Below, one piece after another: positions 31,316-48,654 of a DNA stretch of 64,000 nt (its first letter is position 1; each line of letters starts with the position of its first letter). Below the pieces are notes generated by a model. The model worked only from the letters and a program-made list of their open reading frames with translations, ran no database searches and was not told where the DNA came from. The position numbers were made by a program, and so were the translations under genes. Origin of the DNA: Eledone cirrhosa (lineage: Eukaryota); the NCBI GenBank assembly GCA_964016885.1, contig OZ024755.1, positions 2,976,001-3,040,000 on the forward strand. Reading direction: 5' to 3'.

Positions 31316-31412
31316 TCAGGAATGTTAATTCTCCTGGCTAAACTTTTTATCTCTTCTAGTCTGTAGTCTACTGTTGTTTTGTTTTGCGAATACTGTGTAG
31401 ATTAGATTTGAT

Positions 31413-31462
<50 letters not shown>

Positions 31463-31659
31463 ATATAAAAATAACAGGAGGCTGGACTGGTGTAAATCCT
31501 TATTATTTTATTTATAATTAACTCCGTATTCGCACCACCAACTACACAAACGAAGACGGGTGAACTGCACTACTTTGAGTACTCTCCACAATATTACACC
31601 AAGATTGACCATACGGAATAATCAATTCTATCCAGTGGTGAACCAACAAACCTAAAGAT

Positions 31660-31705
<46 letters not shown>

Positions 31706-31854
31706 GTATATTTCCTCTTAGCAATGACGGATGCGAGAATGAGTACTAAATAACATGGTAGAGATTAATATTTATTTTATTGTTTCACATGTGAATACAC
31801 AGGAACAGTTGCAGAGTAACGGAATTCTTCATCGGCCATAATGAAGGATGTATG

Positions 31855-31912
<58 letters not shown>

Positions 31913-31970
31913 TGTTTATATTTATATAGATATTTATTTATATATATATTTATAAATATATTTATATAGA

Positions 31971-32020
<50 letters not shown>

Positions 32021-32176
32021 GGTGTGGATGTGTGTGTGTGTGTGTGTGTATGTATGTGTGTCAGTGTGTGTATGTATGTGTGTGTGTAAATATAAATAAT
32101 GCCCTCGTACACACCACACATCTCTATTTAGATAAAGATATATATATACATATATGTATATGAGTGAGTACGTCTC

Positions 32177-32211
<35 letters not shown>

Positions 32212-32546
32212 CTCTGAGCATACAGCTGCAAATAGAAATCACGGAAAGAGAAAAATATCACAGCACACATACACATACATATATATATATATATAATATA
32301 CATATATATATGACATCACATGTCATTCAGTATTACCTGTCTATCTCAATTAACTAAACATTTCCTCTCCTATTCTAAGCATTGAACAATCGATAACTAA
32401 TATTCCCTTAAGAAAATGTTTAACAAATTAGTTTTCGATTGTATATCTTTTCTGTATAATACAATGGTTAAAGCCTTAGCTACAGGGCTTTAAGTATTTC
32501 TGGCAGAACACACTCTCTGGTTTATAGTGTAAATACTATGTATATA

Positions 32547-32590
<44 letters not shown>

Positions 32591-32684
32591 TGTAATATGT
32601 GTGTGTGTTTCGATATCGACGTTAAATCCTTTCTTCGCAGCTTCATAGTTCTAGGTTTCGATCTGGGCATTTTCAGTAAACCGT

Positions 32685-36530
<3,846 letters not shown>

Positions 36531-36865
36531 ATCATAAGCCTATATTACTTAGATACATACTCATATCACACCACACCATCCAACCTTATTCAAACAGCCC
36601 CACTAAGGGCCCCTATGACCCTAAACCCAGATGCAATGTTGATTTCGAATGTCCCCATCGCACAAAGCGAAGAACAATGAAATAAATAGGATAAGGTCTA
36701 ATTTGTTGGAGGGTAAATTAATATCTCGAAACTTAGCACTCATAAAGCTTTCACATATGTGACCTTTGCATTACCATGAATAGCTATGAAGAAAGGGTTT
36801 TTTATGAAGGTAAACCGATTGGTTAAAATACTGCCGATTCTACTGTATATATATATATATAAAGG

Positions 36866-37055
36866 ATCGATCGACTTTCGTCAAATCGGACCGGAAAAAC
36901 AATGTTTTCGTCGGTCTTTTCAGTTGCTAGTACTATCTATCGGTCGCAACTCCAGGTAGAAGTAGCAACGTGAACTAAAGTGTCTTGCCCAAAGACATAA
37001 TTCATCGCCCGGTCCAGGAATCGAACTCACAACCTTAAGATTGTGAATCCAATTC
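36866..37055 (-). mobile_element. SINE family B
   Basis: Matches 17622-17810. Confidence 0.85.
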
Positions 37056-37084
37056 TCTGTCTCTCTCTCTATATATATATATAA

Positions 37085-37208
37085 TGATAATAAAAGGATG
37101 ATTTGTTATGTCTTCCTTACGCTTATTGAGTAGTGACGCGCGTTTCGCTATTGATCAGCTCAATGTTCGAACTAATGAAGACATAACAAATCGTCCTTTT
37201 ATTATTAT
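37085..37208. repeat. About 30-bp inverted repeat enclosing a half-hammerhead
   Basis: Arms 37085-37115 and 37177-37208; minus strand GA-GCU-GAUCAAU-AGC-GAAAC-GCGC-GUC. Confidence 0.65.
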
Positions 37209-37376
37209 ATTTACACTTTATTTAGTTCTACACCTCCTTACAGACGTGAAACTACGTATCCAGTACTCACCTGGGTGAACCTAGAGTAACTGTACGTTAT
37301 ACTCCCTGCTTTCCTTCGGTTGCAACGTTTTTCGAAATATTTACTTCTGCGTTCACAGATTGATTTTTTTTTAGTT

Positions 37377-37525
37377 TCAGAAGATCCCGTTAAGAGTGAA
37401 AGCAGCTATTCTTTGCTTAAACTTTATCTGTTATTTTAATAAATATTTACTCTAGGGTTCTAATATATTTTATATATATTTATCCTTATCGAGCCCTCTT
37501 TGGATTTTAGTCTTCACATTTATTA

Positions 37526-37530
<5 letters not shown>
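37377..37530 (+). mobile_element. Short element family E (starts at a decayed hammerhead core)
   Basis: Second copy at 52070-52220. Confidence 0.75.
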
Positions 37531-37601
<71 letters not shown>

Positions 37602-37907
37602 TAATAAATGTATATATATATATTGTTATACTTGGGGAGGGTCATATTTGTGTAATATTGCCAGAATTAATAACAGAACACACTCACTGTTTGGTTGGTT
37701 TTCGATTCTCGCTGTCTTTTATATCGGTAATCTAACTTACTCGGTCCTCAATGTTGCCATTGACTGACCGACGGTCAAAAATAATACAGATACAATATAG
37801 ACACAAACACATATATATAGTTTATCATAAATCGCCGCTATATATATATATATGTTTATATATATATAGAGAGAAATAATAATAAATGTATATATATATA
37901 TATAATA

Positions 37908-38083
37908 ATTGTTTCTACTTTTGGCACAAGGCCATCAATCACCCAGTACATTACTGGTACTTTATTTTATCGACCTCGTAAGGATGAAAGGCAAAGTTAA
38001 CCTCGGCGGGATTTGAAGTCAGACCGTAAAGGGACGTAACTATGCTGCAAAGCATGGCGTCCGACCCTCTACTGATACTGCCA
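37908..38083 (-). mobile_element. SINE family A
   Basis: Reverse-complement head, core and tail. Confidence 0.9.
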
Positions 38084-39899
38084 TATATAATAATAATAAA
38101 TGTATATATATATATATATATTAGTAGTACAGATTTTGGTCTTCATAATTATTATTACTATATATATATATATTACACACACACATATATGTGTTATATA
38201 TATTATGCATGTATGTATGTTATATATATATATATATATGTGTGTGTGTGGTCTAGTAATTGATCGGCTGTCATTACAATTCAGTGTGACAGTCCATTAG
38301 GTGAAAACCTTCCATATAATTTCTCTTCCAGTATGGCTACTAGAATGTTACTGGAGTTACTGAGAGCGAGGTTTGTTGACTGAAGGAGATTTACTACCAA
38401 TCAGTCGGATTCACCAGTCACTGGAGATCACTTTTCTCATTGAAACTAGCTTATATTCCTAGCATTGATTTTCAATTGTGTATCTCAAAACATACAACGT
38501 CTCTACTTCACATTCATGTGATGTGCACTTACTTACATACGTACACACGCCGTGCGCAAGCACATACATACATACATACATACATACATACATACATACA
38601 TACATACATACATACATACATACATACATACTTGCTCACATCGACAGACAGACGCACATATACATACATACATACACACATACATGTATACACGCATATA
38701 TGCATACATACATATATACACACATACATATATATGATACTGAAAGAAAAGCAGTAGAGAAATGACCTTGGGCGGTACAAGTATACAAACCCAGCAGACA
38801 ATATTTTGTAGTCAGTCATGTTGTTAAGCCTTCTTGTGGATTCGGCTGTCAAGAGACGGGACATTTATTCCTAAGGAGCTGATCTCAGCCAACTAGTTGT
38901 AACTATTTACTATATTATGTTTTTTATGTATCTATTAAAATCGTGAGAGGAGTGGGAAACAAGATCACTCGCTAGATGAGGAAAAACTGCAGGGGGGGAT
39001 ATCTAGGAGTTATGACCTAAGTGGTCCCGGCTCCTTTAACGTTTTAGGAAGAATCAGGGGTCTAAACACTTGCTAGATGTGAGTTCTTCTTCTCAGGATC
39101 CTCCTACTCTCCACTGCCCCTGTCACGAGTTTTCTTCTACTGTAACTAATTGCGGTAGACATAAAACTCCCCCAGTTTCTCAATGAGCTTGAAATTGCGG
39201 CAAATACCGTGTAGGCTTACGTTATTTTTATTTCATTGTTTAATCTGGCGGTTGGCATGATGTTCCCAAGAGATATGTGATCGATACGGTTTATGTTCAG
39301 CTTCAATATTTTTTAAATCGATATCTTTAGAAAAAGAGTGCTCATAAAACGTTGGAACACTATGCTGAATAGCTAGAGTGATGTACGAGAAAAGAGCCTG
39401 TAATTGCTAAGACAGTGAAAAGGTAGAAATACTTTAGTCTACGAAGGTACCAAAATAGAATACAGGATCCCTAATTTCAGTTGCGTAAACTGTGAGGTTC
39501 AGTTGCCCGAGACTATGGAGGCATCGCTATGAGTTGTAACCCCTTCAGCTACAAATATGTAACCGTGTAAATTTATGGAATTGAGAAGATCATGGACACT
39601 TCCTAATTAAATCATGAAATAGAAATAATATATGATTAGAGAGTATGTAAAGGTACGTGGCCTAGTGTTGAAGGTGGTGTAGGTACGATCATAAAGTCGT
39701 GGGTTCGATCGCTGCATCAGGTGATACGTTGTATTTTTGAGAGAAACAATTCATCAAAGAGAGGAATGCATTATGCAGGAAAGTAAGAGGATATAAGAAA
39801 CAAGAAGAGAAAATAAAATATGTGTGGGTTTGTTTATAAATCATAATATATACAAATACCGAGAAATACGAGAGAATGGGGACGAAGTAGAGGAGGAAA

Positions 39900-40155
39900 G
39901 TGGGAGAAATAATTGGAGTAACCATGTATACAAAGTGACCGTATACAGTAATATGCCAATTGATACATCCAGGGATATTAAAACAGTATTGTCTTTTAAA
40001 TGGTGTATCAATTCGGAGAAATAGCAATAACCTCTTACTGAAATAGAGAAACTATAGAAATAGAATTACCTAGCAATTCAGACACGGAATAATGGGTATT
40101 AAAAACAGTAAGAATCCCCACATTAATAGGTGTCTTGGGAACGATACGAATTAGA
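39900..40155 (+). pseudogene. Decayed R4/Hero-type RLE endonuclease relic
   Basis: Frameshifted motifs MPIDTSRDIK, EIEKL, LKTVRIPTLIGVLGTI resemble the consensus DMPIHTD...KE.EK...IPVVIGALG. Confidence 0.5.
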
Positions 40156-41574
40156 ATTTCTAACACGTAAGCATTGTTTTATGAGAAGGTAGAATCAGTT
40201 ATATTGACTCTCAGCACTTGAACGACACTTGTTTTATCGAACCCTACCCTCAACTCCCACTCCACTCCAAGAGATGAGAGTTAACAATATCAAGATATGA
40301 ACTCAACGTGTAAAGTGAGGTATGGAAGAACTAAATACTTCGAGTTATTTCGTCAACTTCTCAGCCGATCATACCATTAGATTTCCCATAGGAATGGTAA
40401 TTATTGTTCTGTCAAGAACTACTGTAAAGTAATAATCATTGCTGTCTTTGTAAGAAGACCATAAATTACTAGGGGTTTCTAGGTCCCAGTGGGATGAAAG
40501 ACAAAGGTGACAATGTAAAGTATCAAAATACGTAGTGCAAAGCTTTTTGTCTTATAATCTACCGAGTTTACCATTCAACCCCATTGCACTTTATAATAAT
40601 TCTTTCTAGAATTGGCACAAAGTCAGCAACTTGTGAAGAGGTTTAAATGCCCAAGACATATCGTATGTTACAACAGTGTCTCTGCATTTCCATCAGATGT
40701 TAAGAGTTCATGGTTAGATAAGTCTCACCAGTCTTTTTACAGCTATACAATGTAATACCACCGCTTGTTGCCTTCACTTCTCAACCATAATAAAAACCAG
40801 CTGCTTGGTTCTATCATATATGCCCCACTAAAATGTTTGAAGAACACATTATCAGACCTGTGAAATCTCTCCGTCCGACGGAAAGATCTCCAACCCACTT
40901 TGTGGTGGGTGAGGAATGTCTTCTCTTGTGAAAATGGGTATAGTTTTCATTATGTAAAATCTACCCATTTTGTTTCATTTCTCCTCGTTTTGGGGCACTT
41001 TTGTTCATGGTACTCCCCGTTTGGGTCTTTAGAGATTGGCAGGCCTACATCATTCCATACCCATCTAGTCTTTCAATCAACATTTGGGAACTTCCTCCGT
41101 TTTTAGATTAACGAAGATACCTTACACTTCTTCATTTCATTGTAATTCTGTGAGGATATACTTGTAAAATACTACAGGAGTTATTTCCATTGTAATAGTA
41201 ATACTAGAAAAACTTCTCTCATATTTCTTTTTGATATTGTTGCATTTTTCCTTTATTTTGCTACAGTGTAAATAAGTATGTCTACTGTGTATAAAATTTC
41301 ATTGTATTTATTTTTTGTTTCTTATTTTTTTCTGTTTGTCTTTTTTTAAATCTGTGCTATTGTCTTCAACAATATTTTCCTCGGAGGCGAAAACAGAGCT
41401 ACTTCATTTGTTGCTAACGTTACGTTCTACTCTCCCAGAAGAAAACTTATTAAATTACAAATAAGCGACAATTTTGTTGTTATATATATATATATATATA
41501 TATATATGACTGAACACTTCTCTTTACGAGGTAAGGGGCACGATGTTCAAACTTTACGAAATATATTTACAAAA

Positions 41575-41935
41575 TCGTCACTACAACACCCACCTCTATC
41601 TTCACTACAAACACCTCTACTATCCTCACTATAAACAACACCACAAATAGCACCACTACTATAACCACCACCACAAACTCCACTACCACCACTACAACCA
41701 CCACCACTAGCTCTACTACAACCACCCATAGCTCCACTACTACAACCATCCCTAGCTCTACTACAACCACCCCTAGCTCCACTACTACAACCATCCCTAG
41801 CTCTACTACAACCACCCATAGCTCCACTACAACCACCCATAGCTCCACTACAACCACCACTAGCTCGACTACAACCACCACTAGCTCGACTACAACCACC
41901 ACTAGCTCTACTACAACCGCTACCACTATTCAATC
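41575..41935. repeat. ACC/ACT-rich 21-24 bp minisatellite (CTAGCTCTACTACAACCACCA)
   Basis: Direct inspection. Confidence 0.9.
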
Positions 41936-42287
41936 TAACACCCAGCCTACCACGAGGTCAGTTTACAATTTTTCCTTCTGTTTCGCTTGTTCCATTAGTC
42001 ACAGTTTAAAACATATCTGAAATAAAGTTAGTTGAGGAGGTGGGCATTTCCTTTCTATGAGTGTATGGTTGTTGTTATTGTTGTTGTATTCTAGAAACTT
42101 CTGATCATGAAACATTTCAGTTAGCATTCAAAGACTTACACTTGACATAACATCGCTAAAAATGGAATAACCAATTGAATAATTCTGTTATTCTCTGAAT
42201 AAAGTACAAACACACACACATATATATCCATACATACACACACACACATATATATCCATACATACACACACATATATATCCATACAT

Positions 42288-42315
<28 letters not shown>

Positions 42316-42318
<3 letters not shown>

Positions 42319-42515
42319 GGAAAAGGTTCAAGCCCCCGACGGCAGAGCTCAAGCCGTTTCGACGGCTATATCTGGACTGATATAGCCGTCGATACGGGTT
42401 GAGTTCTGCCGTCGGGGTCCTGAACCTTTTCCTATTACCCACTCTACTACCCAAAGTATCGAGGACTCTGGTGCGTTATGGTCCACCTGGTTCCTTACCT
42501 CACTTCCTTCGTTAT
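42316..42515 (+). mobile_element. Family D element: 120-bp palindrome plus 80-bp tail
   Basis: Palindrome 42316-42435 centred on TGGACT; flanked by (TA)n. Confidence 0.85.
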
Positions 42516-43476
42516 ATATATATATATATATATATAACATATATAATATATATATATAATATATATATTATATATAACATATATAATATATATATATAAT
42601 ATATATATATAATATATATATATAATATATATATATATAATATATATAATATAATATATATAATATAATATATATAATATAATATATATAATATATAATA
42701 TATATATATAATATATATAATATATAATATATAATATATAATATATAATATATAATATATAATATATAATATATATATATAATATATATATATAATATAT
42801 ATATATAATATATATATATAATATATATATATAATATATATATATAATATATATATATAATATATATATATAATATATATATATAATATATATATATAAT
42901 ATATATATATAATATATATATATAATATATATATATAATATATATATATAATATATATATATAATATATATATATAATATATATATATAATATATATATA
43001 TAATATATATATATAATATATATATATAATATATATATATAATATATATATATAATATATATATATAATATATATATATAATATATATATATAATATATA
43101 TATATAATATATATATATAATATATATATATAATATATATATATAATATATAATATATAATATATAATATATATATATAATATATATATATAATATATAT
43201 ATATAATATATATATATAATATATATATATAATATATATATATAATATATATATATAATATATATATATAATATATATATATAATATATATATATAATAT
43301 ATATATATAATATATATATATAATATATATATATAATATATATATATATAATATATATATATAATATATATATATAATATATATATATAATATATATAAT
43401 ATATAATATATATATATAATATATATAATATATAATATATATATATATAATATATAATATATAAATATATAATATA
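42516..43476. repeat. A(AT)n satellite (mostly 13-bp unit)
   Basis: Direct inspection. Confidence 0.95.
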
Positions 43477-44332
43477 CTAGCAGTAAAGCCCGGCGTTGCT
43501 CGGGGTCGCTCAGTAGCTGTGTTAAAGTTACAATGTTAAGTTTCTTTTTTGGCTTAAAAACTGTAGTGTCTACTGTGCAGACTTGCATGTGGTGTTTTTG
43601 ATTAATATTCCCTCAACCAACAATATGCCTTATGAAGTTAAGAAAACATAACGATAACCCGAATGTTATAACAAAAGAGGATGCTGGGGATAAAAACTGA
43701 ACTGGTTATTTATTAACAAAGATCGAAAATGTAAACACTGCAACGCAGAGAAAAACATTAGCGTAACCAAATTATCAGTTACGTCTGTCTGCACGCCTAT
43801 ATCACCTCTCTGCACGACTGTCTGTCTGCACGCCTATATCACCTCTCTGCACGACTGTCTGTCTGCACGCCTAACGAAATTTACAGATACATATATTTTA
43901 AATAAACTTATATAATTTTTGCTTTTTTTTACGAAATATTTGCTTGTTTTAAGTAGTTTTTAAATAGACTTGTTTTCAAGTAAACATATTGTTTTAAAAG
44001 GCTTGTTTTACGTAGTCTTTAAATCGTGTATTGTGTTAATGTCATTTTAAACGTTGAGAAAGCCAGCGTAATTTTTTTAATTTTTGCACGCAGACGCTCA
44101 ATGTAAACAGAACAAAGGAAAATAACTGATCACTTACGCTCAAAAATCGATACATTATATTCGATTTCGTCAGATAGGGCGGGTCAATTTGAAATATTTT
44201 TTTTCCGATGTCTTCGCTAGGGCTCATTGTACAAGTATAGCAATTTCGGTGCAATTCCGTGAGAGATTCTAAGAGGAGATGTGTGCCAAAAATCGATAGA
44301 CAGACAGACAACCTCAGTTTTATATATATAGA
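43477..44332 (-). mobile_element. Non-autonomous Helitron, 856 bp
   Basis: The minus strand starts A|TCTATATATATAAAA with a (GTCT)n tract and ends with hairpin CCCGAGCAACGCCGGG, 8 nt, CTAG|T. A/T target and no TSD; internal 37-bp tandem repeat at 43786-43872. Confidence 0.85.
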
Positions 44333-44858
44333 TATATATATAATATATATATATATATAATATATATATATATATAATATATATATATATATAATATATA
44401 TATATAATATATAATATATATATAATATATAATATATATATAATATATAATATATATATAATATATATATATATAATATATATATATATAATATATATAT
44501 ATATAATATATATATATATAATATATATATATATAATATATATATATATAATATATATATATATAATATATATATATATAATATATATATATATAATATA
44601 TATATATATAATATATATATATATAATATATATATATATATATAATATATATATATATAATATATATATATATATATAATATATATATATATAATATATA
44701 TATATATAATATATATATATATAATATATATATATATAATATATATATATATAATATATATATATATAATATATATATATATAATATATATATATATAAT
44801 ATATATATATAATATATATATATAATATATATATATAATATATATATATAATATATAT

Positions 44859-44889
<31 letters not shown>

Positions 44890-45088
44890 ATATATATAAT
44901 ATATATATATATATATATAATATATATATATATAATATATATATATATAATATATATATATATAATATATATATATAATATATATATATAATATATATAT
45001 ATATAATATATATATATATAATATATATATATAATATATATATATAATATATATAATATATATATATAATATATATAATATATATATC
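44333..45088. repeat. A(AT)n satellite (mostly 15-bp unit)
   Basis: Direct inspection. Confidence 0.95.
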
Positions 45089-45259
45089 AGACATTTATTT
45101 TTATTTTCAGTCCTCCAAATAAACATCATCATACAAAAGTAACATGTCCTCTAATATCATTGTGTCAGTAAATGTGTGTGGGCACAAGATTGATTCTAGA
45201 TTCGATCTCAATGCTGGAGCATTGTTATTTACATTAAAGTGTATTATATAGACATACCA

Positions 45260-45475
45260 GGGTGGTGGATTGGCAGAATCGGTAGAGCGTCGGATACCTT
45301 GCTTCGCGGCATAGTTACGTCTCTTTACGTCCTGAATTCAAATCCTGTTGAAGTTAACTTTGACTTTCATCCTTACGGGGTCGATAAAATAAAGTACCAG
45401 TCACACACTGAGGTCGATTTAATCGACTTTTCCTTCTCCCAAATTGTTGGCCTTGTGTCTAAATCAGAAACCTTT
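45260..45475 (+). mobile_element. SINE family A (long-tail variant)
   Basis: Head, core and GGTCGATTTAATCGAC tail. Confidence 0.9.
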
Positions 45476-45699
45476 ATTATTAGTTATTATTGTGATGATC
45501 TTGTTGTTGTTGTTGTTGTTGTAAGAAGCTTTATTGTAGTACCGCATTTGGTTGGAGTAAAAACGCAATAATTTTTTTGTCTTCAATTCTTTTCAATATA
45601 TTGAATGTGGCCTACCAACATATATATGAGCACCGCACAGTTTGGCTATTTTCTCTTGTGTAAGTCCTGTGGTTTACGTTATAAATTTCTTTACATCAT

Positions 45700-45900
45700 T
45701 TTCATAAATCCCAAGGCACCTATTCTTATTGGAATAGAGTTTCTTTCCACCACGTAAATTCTGGATGTTTCTATTTTCAATTTTTTATATTTATATAGTT
45801 TGTTCATTTCTTTCGGAGATATATTGCTTTCAGTTTTTATAGCAATGTCGATTAAGTGAAGTTTTTCTTTTTTCTTGGCGATGATTCTCGGTCATTGACC
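45700..45900 (-). pseudogene. Decayed R4/Hero-type RLE endonuclease relic
   Basis: KKEKLHLIDIAI...NISPKE..KL.KY..LKIE...IPIRIGALGFMK. Confidence 0.65.
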
Positions 45901-46569
45901 AGCTTGTGGCTTTTTCTTTAGACTTAGAAATATATTTTATAATTCTTTTATTAATTTAGCTTTTAGTTATATTTCCTGCTATTGTCTCTTTAGCATCCTT
46001 GCTGTTATCACAGACGCTCTGTTGTATATATTTTCTGGTTTCCAAATCCAAAAATGCCGGAGACGGTTTTCTGTGTTTTACATTATATCTTAAGTAATTT
46101 TAATATTTTCATTTTCTTCTTTACATTATATATTTGTAATCCAATAATACATACTGTTTGATGATTTACTCATTGTAGAAGACTAGATTGCTGTTATACA
46201 TAGCTAATATGACTGTTCTCCCTTTGGGTGGTTTAATCTAAATACTGCTATTGATTCTTCTTCTCTTGTTTCGTCTTGTTAATTCATTTAGCTTCTAGTT
46301 GAGAATACCATTACTAAAACCTCATACAACGGTTGCTCAAACAATTCTAAGTACTTGCATATGTTTTAGCATTCAGCACTGTTTTGGTATGGTAAGGTAT
46401 GGGACCATAACTCATGAGGGAGTCGCAGGGGTGCCATATCGACATGCGACGTATCTTCCGGAATTTTTTAAACCTGAGGGAGACCATATCCTATTCAGGG
46501 ATGAGTAGAGCAGATTTCTTCCAGAGAAGGAAAGAAAATGAGAGAAAGGAAATGAGAAAGTGATATAGA

Positions 46570-46692
46570 GGAAGAATCGACGCCAGTACTACACTGGTAC
46601 TTTTTTTATTGACCTCGGTGAGATTTGAACTGAGAGAGTGTAGAGAGCCGGAGCGAATACCACAAAGCCCTTTATTCGACCTTCACCGCCTT
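46570..46692 (-). mobile_element. Old SINE family A relative, internally deleted
   Basis: CCAGTACT...CTGGTACTTT, GATTTGAACT, ATACCACAAAG. Confidence 0.6.
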
Positions 46693-47682
46693 TATCATTG
46701 TTTTACATTAATACTTCAATCATTTTTTTTCCTTTTCTTTTCCTTTGTGTCGGACGAGTTCATTAATTTCTGAGTATTGGTATGCTCGTTTCTCGTCTCA
46801 TATGTTAATAAATACGATAACATTATTTTCTGGTACTTTTGTTTGTAGTTATACACGTTTCTAGAAACCAAGTCTGTGACAATTTTTTCTCACTTGAGAG
46901 ATTTTTCACTCATTAGAAAACTGTGGCGTATAATTTACGTTAAAACATACACTGGATTTTATGACTTCAAATTTCTTGCACATAATTTCAGCCTGGATTA
47001 TCTTGGTTAAAAATATTAGCGTCACACCGCAGATGGCTGTAGGTAAGGAAACGTTTCTTTAAATTACCTTTTCTAATAGAAATTTACTGTTTTTTGTTTT
47101 GTTTGGGGGCGAGAGTTATGAGGTGGTTTAAGAATATCTATTTTGTATTGGAACTGTCGTCTATTTATGTTTTGTATGTTTGATAAATTTGTTTGTTACC
47201 TGTGATAACTTATCTAGGACTGAGATGAACATTATTAAAACCTTTTTGGAGGGTAATGTATTCCCTCCATGCTCGGGTCGTTTGTTTTTTATTTTATTTA
47301 ATTTCAGTAATGGCCTCCTTAATCTGAAACCATCTTTACCTTCATTTATTCTTTTATCGCCGTAGTTTCATCCCCTTTAACAGGTGAACATACATCATTC
47401 ACGATAAAATAAATGGGAAGTACTTGAGTAATGTAAGCGGGTAATTTATGAGCCGGTAGTTTTTTAGGGGAGGTGGATGCTATGTTTTTAGTCTTGGGGA
47501 TTAAGAAGTATATTTTTCACTTTCAGTAAGTTGTTCAAATACTATTTCTGTCTGTTCAGCAAACAGTTGATTATTTTTGGATCTATTTTCTAGATACCTG
47601 TTAACATATTTTAGCCAGTGATTCGGCAGATTATTATTCTTAGCTGCTTTCTATTGGTTCCTCCATTATTTATCATGTAGTC

Positions 47683-47958
47683 AGTGGATTGGCAGTATCG
47701 GTAGAGGCTCGGACGACATGCTTTGCAGTGTAGAGTTACGGCCCTTTATGGTCTGAGTTCAAATCCGCCGAGGTTAACTTTGCCTTTCATCCTTACGGGG
47801 TCGATAAAATAAAGTACCGCTAATGTACTGGGATCGATTTAATCATCTTTCCCTTCGACTCCCAAAAGATTGTTGCCCTTGTGGCTAAATCAGAAACCAA
47901 ATAAAGTACCAGTAATGCACTGGGATAATTGCTGGCCTTGTGCCTAAAGTAGAAACCA
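47683..47958 (+). mobile_element. SINE family A with two tandem tails
   Basis: Long tail ending ATCAGAAACC followed by a second AATAAAGTACCAGT...AGTAGAAACC tail. Confidence 0.85.
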
Positions 47959-48463
47959 TTATTTTCATCATGACAAACCATTGTTCTTCCCATGTCTCTC
48001 CAAAAGATTATATTTACTTCTGTATTAAACGTTAGATTTCTCTCTAACTCAATTTTAGTCGCAGATGATTTTTTTTTTCCTTCATAAATGCGTTATCACA
48101 TTTCACAGAGGCGTTTCTGCAATTTAGCAAAAATCTCTTATCTTAGTCGTTCTTTGATTTTCAGTACATTTTTTATTATATATCTAATTGCTATTTACCT
48201 TTATTTTTTTTACTTCCTTAATTTTTTTGACTTTTTCTCGATATCGTTAATGATTGAAGCATCTTTCATTCTATTTTTATTTCTTGTTTTATTTGCTTAT
48301 ATATCGGTTTCTGGAGTCCAGGAAGAGACATGAGCCAGTAACCACTTCGCTGCTGTCCCTGCTACATAGATTAATATCTTATACTTAGTCACATCTGTTT
48401 TCAGTATATCTCTATTACCTATTCGTCATAATGTTTCATTATATAATGATGTCAGAGGCAGAT

Positions 48464-48654
48464 AGGGCGATGGATTGGCAGTGTCAGTAGAGGGTCGGAC
48501 GCCATGCTTTGCAAGCAAAGAGTTACGGCCCTTTATGGTCTGAGTTCAAATCCCACTGAGGTTAACTTTGCCTTTCATCCTTACGGGGTCGATAAAATAA
48601 AGTACCAGTAATACACTGGAAGAATTGCTGACCTTGTGCCAAAAGTAGAAACAA
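48464..48654 (+). mobile_element. SINE family A
   Basis: Full copy. Confidence 0.9.

Noticed and set aside
40810-41150. Decayed LINE AP-endonuclease region on the minus strand
   Set aside because: Only faint motif echoes (FPNVD); too degenerate to call
41547-41933. Gly/Cys-rich keratin-associated-like ORF
   Set aside because: Explained by the ACC/ACT minisatellite, which is open in several frames
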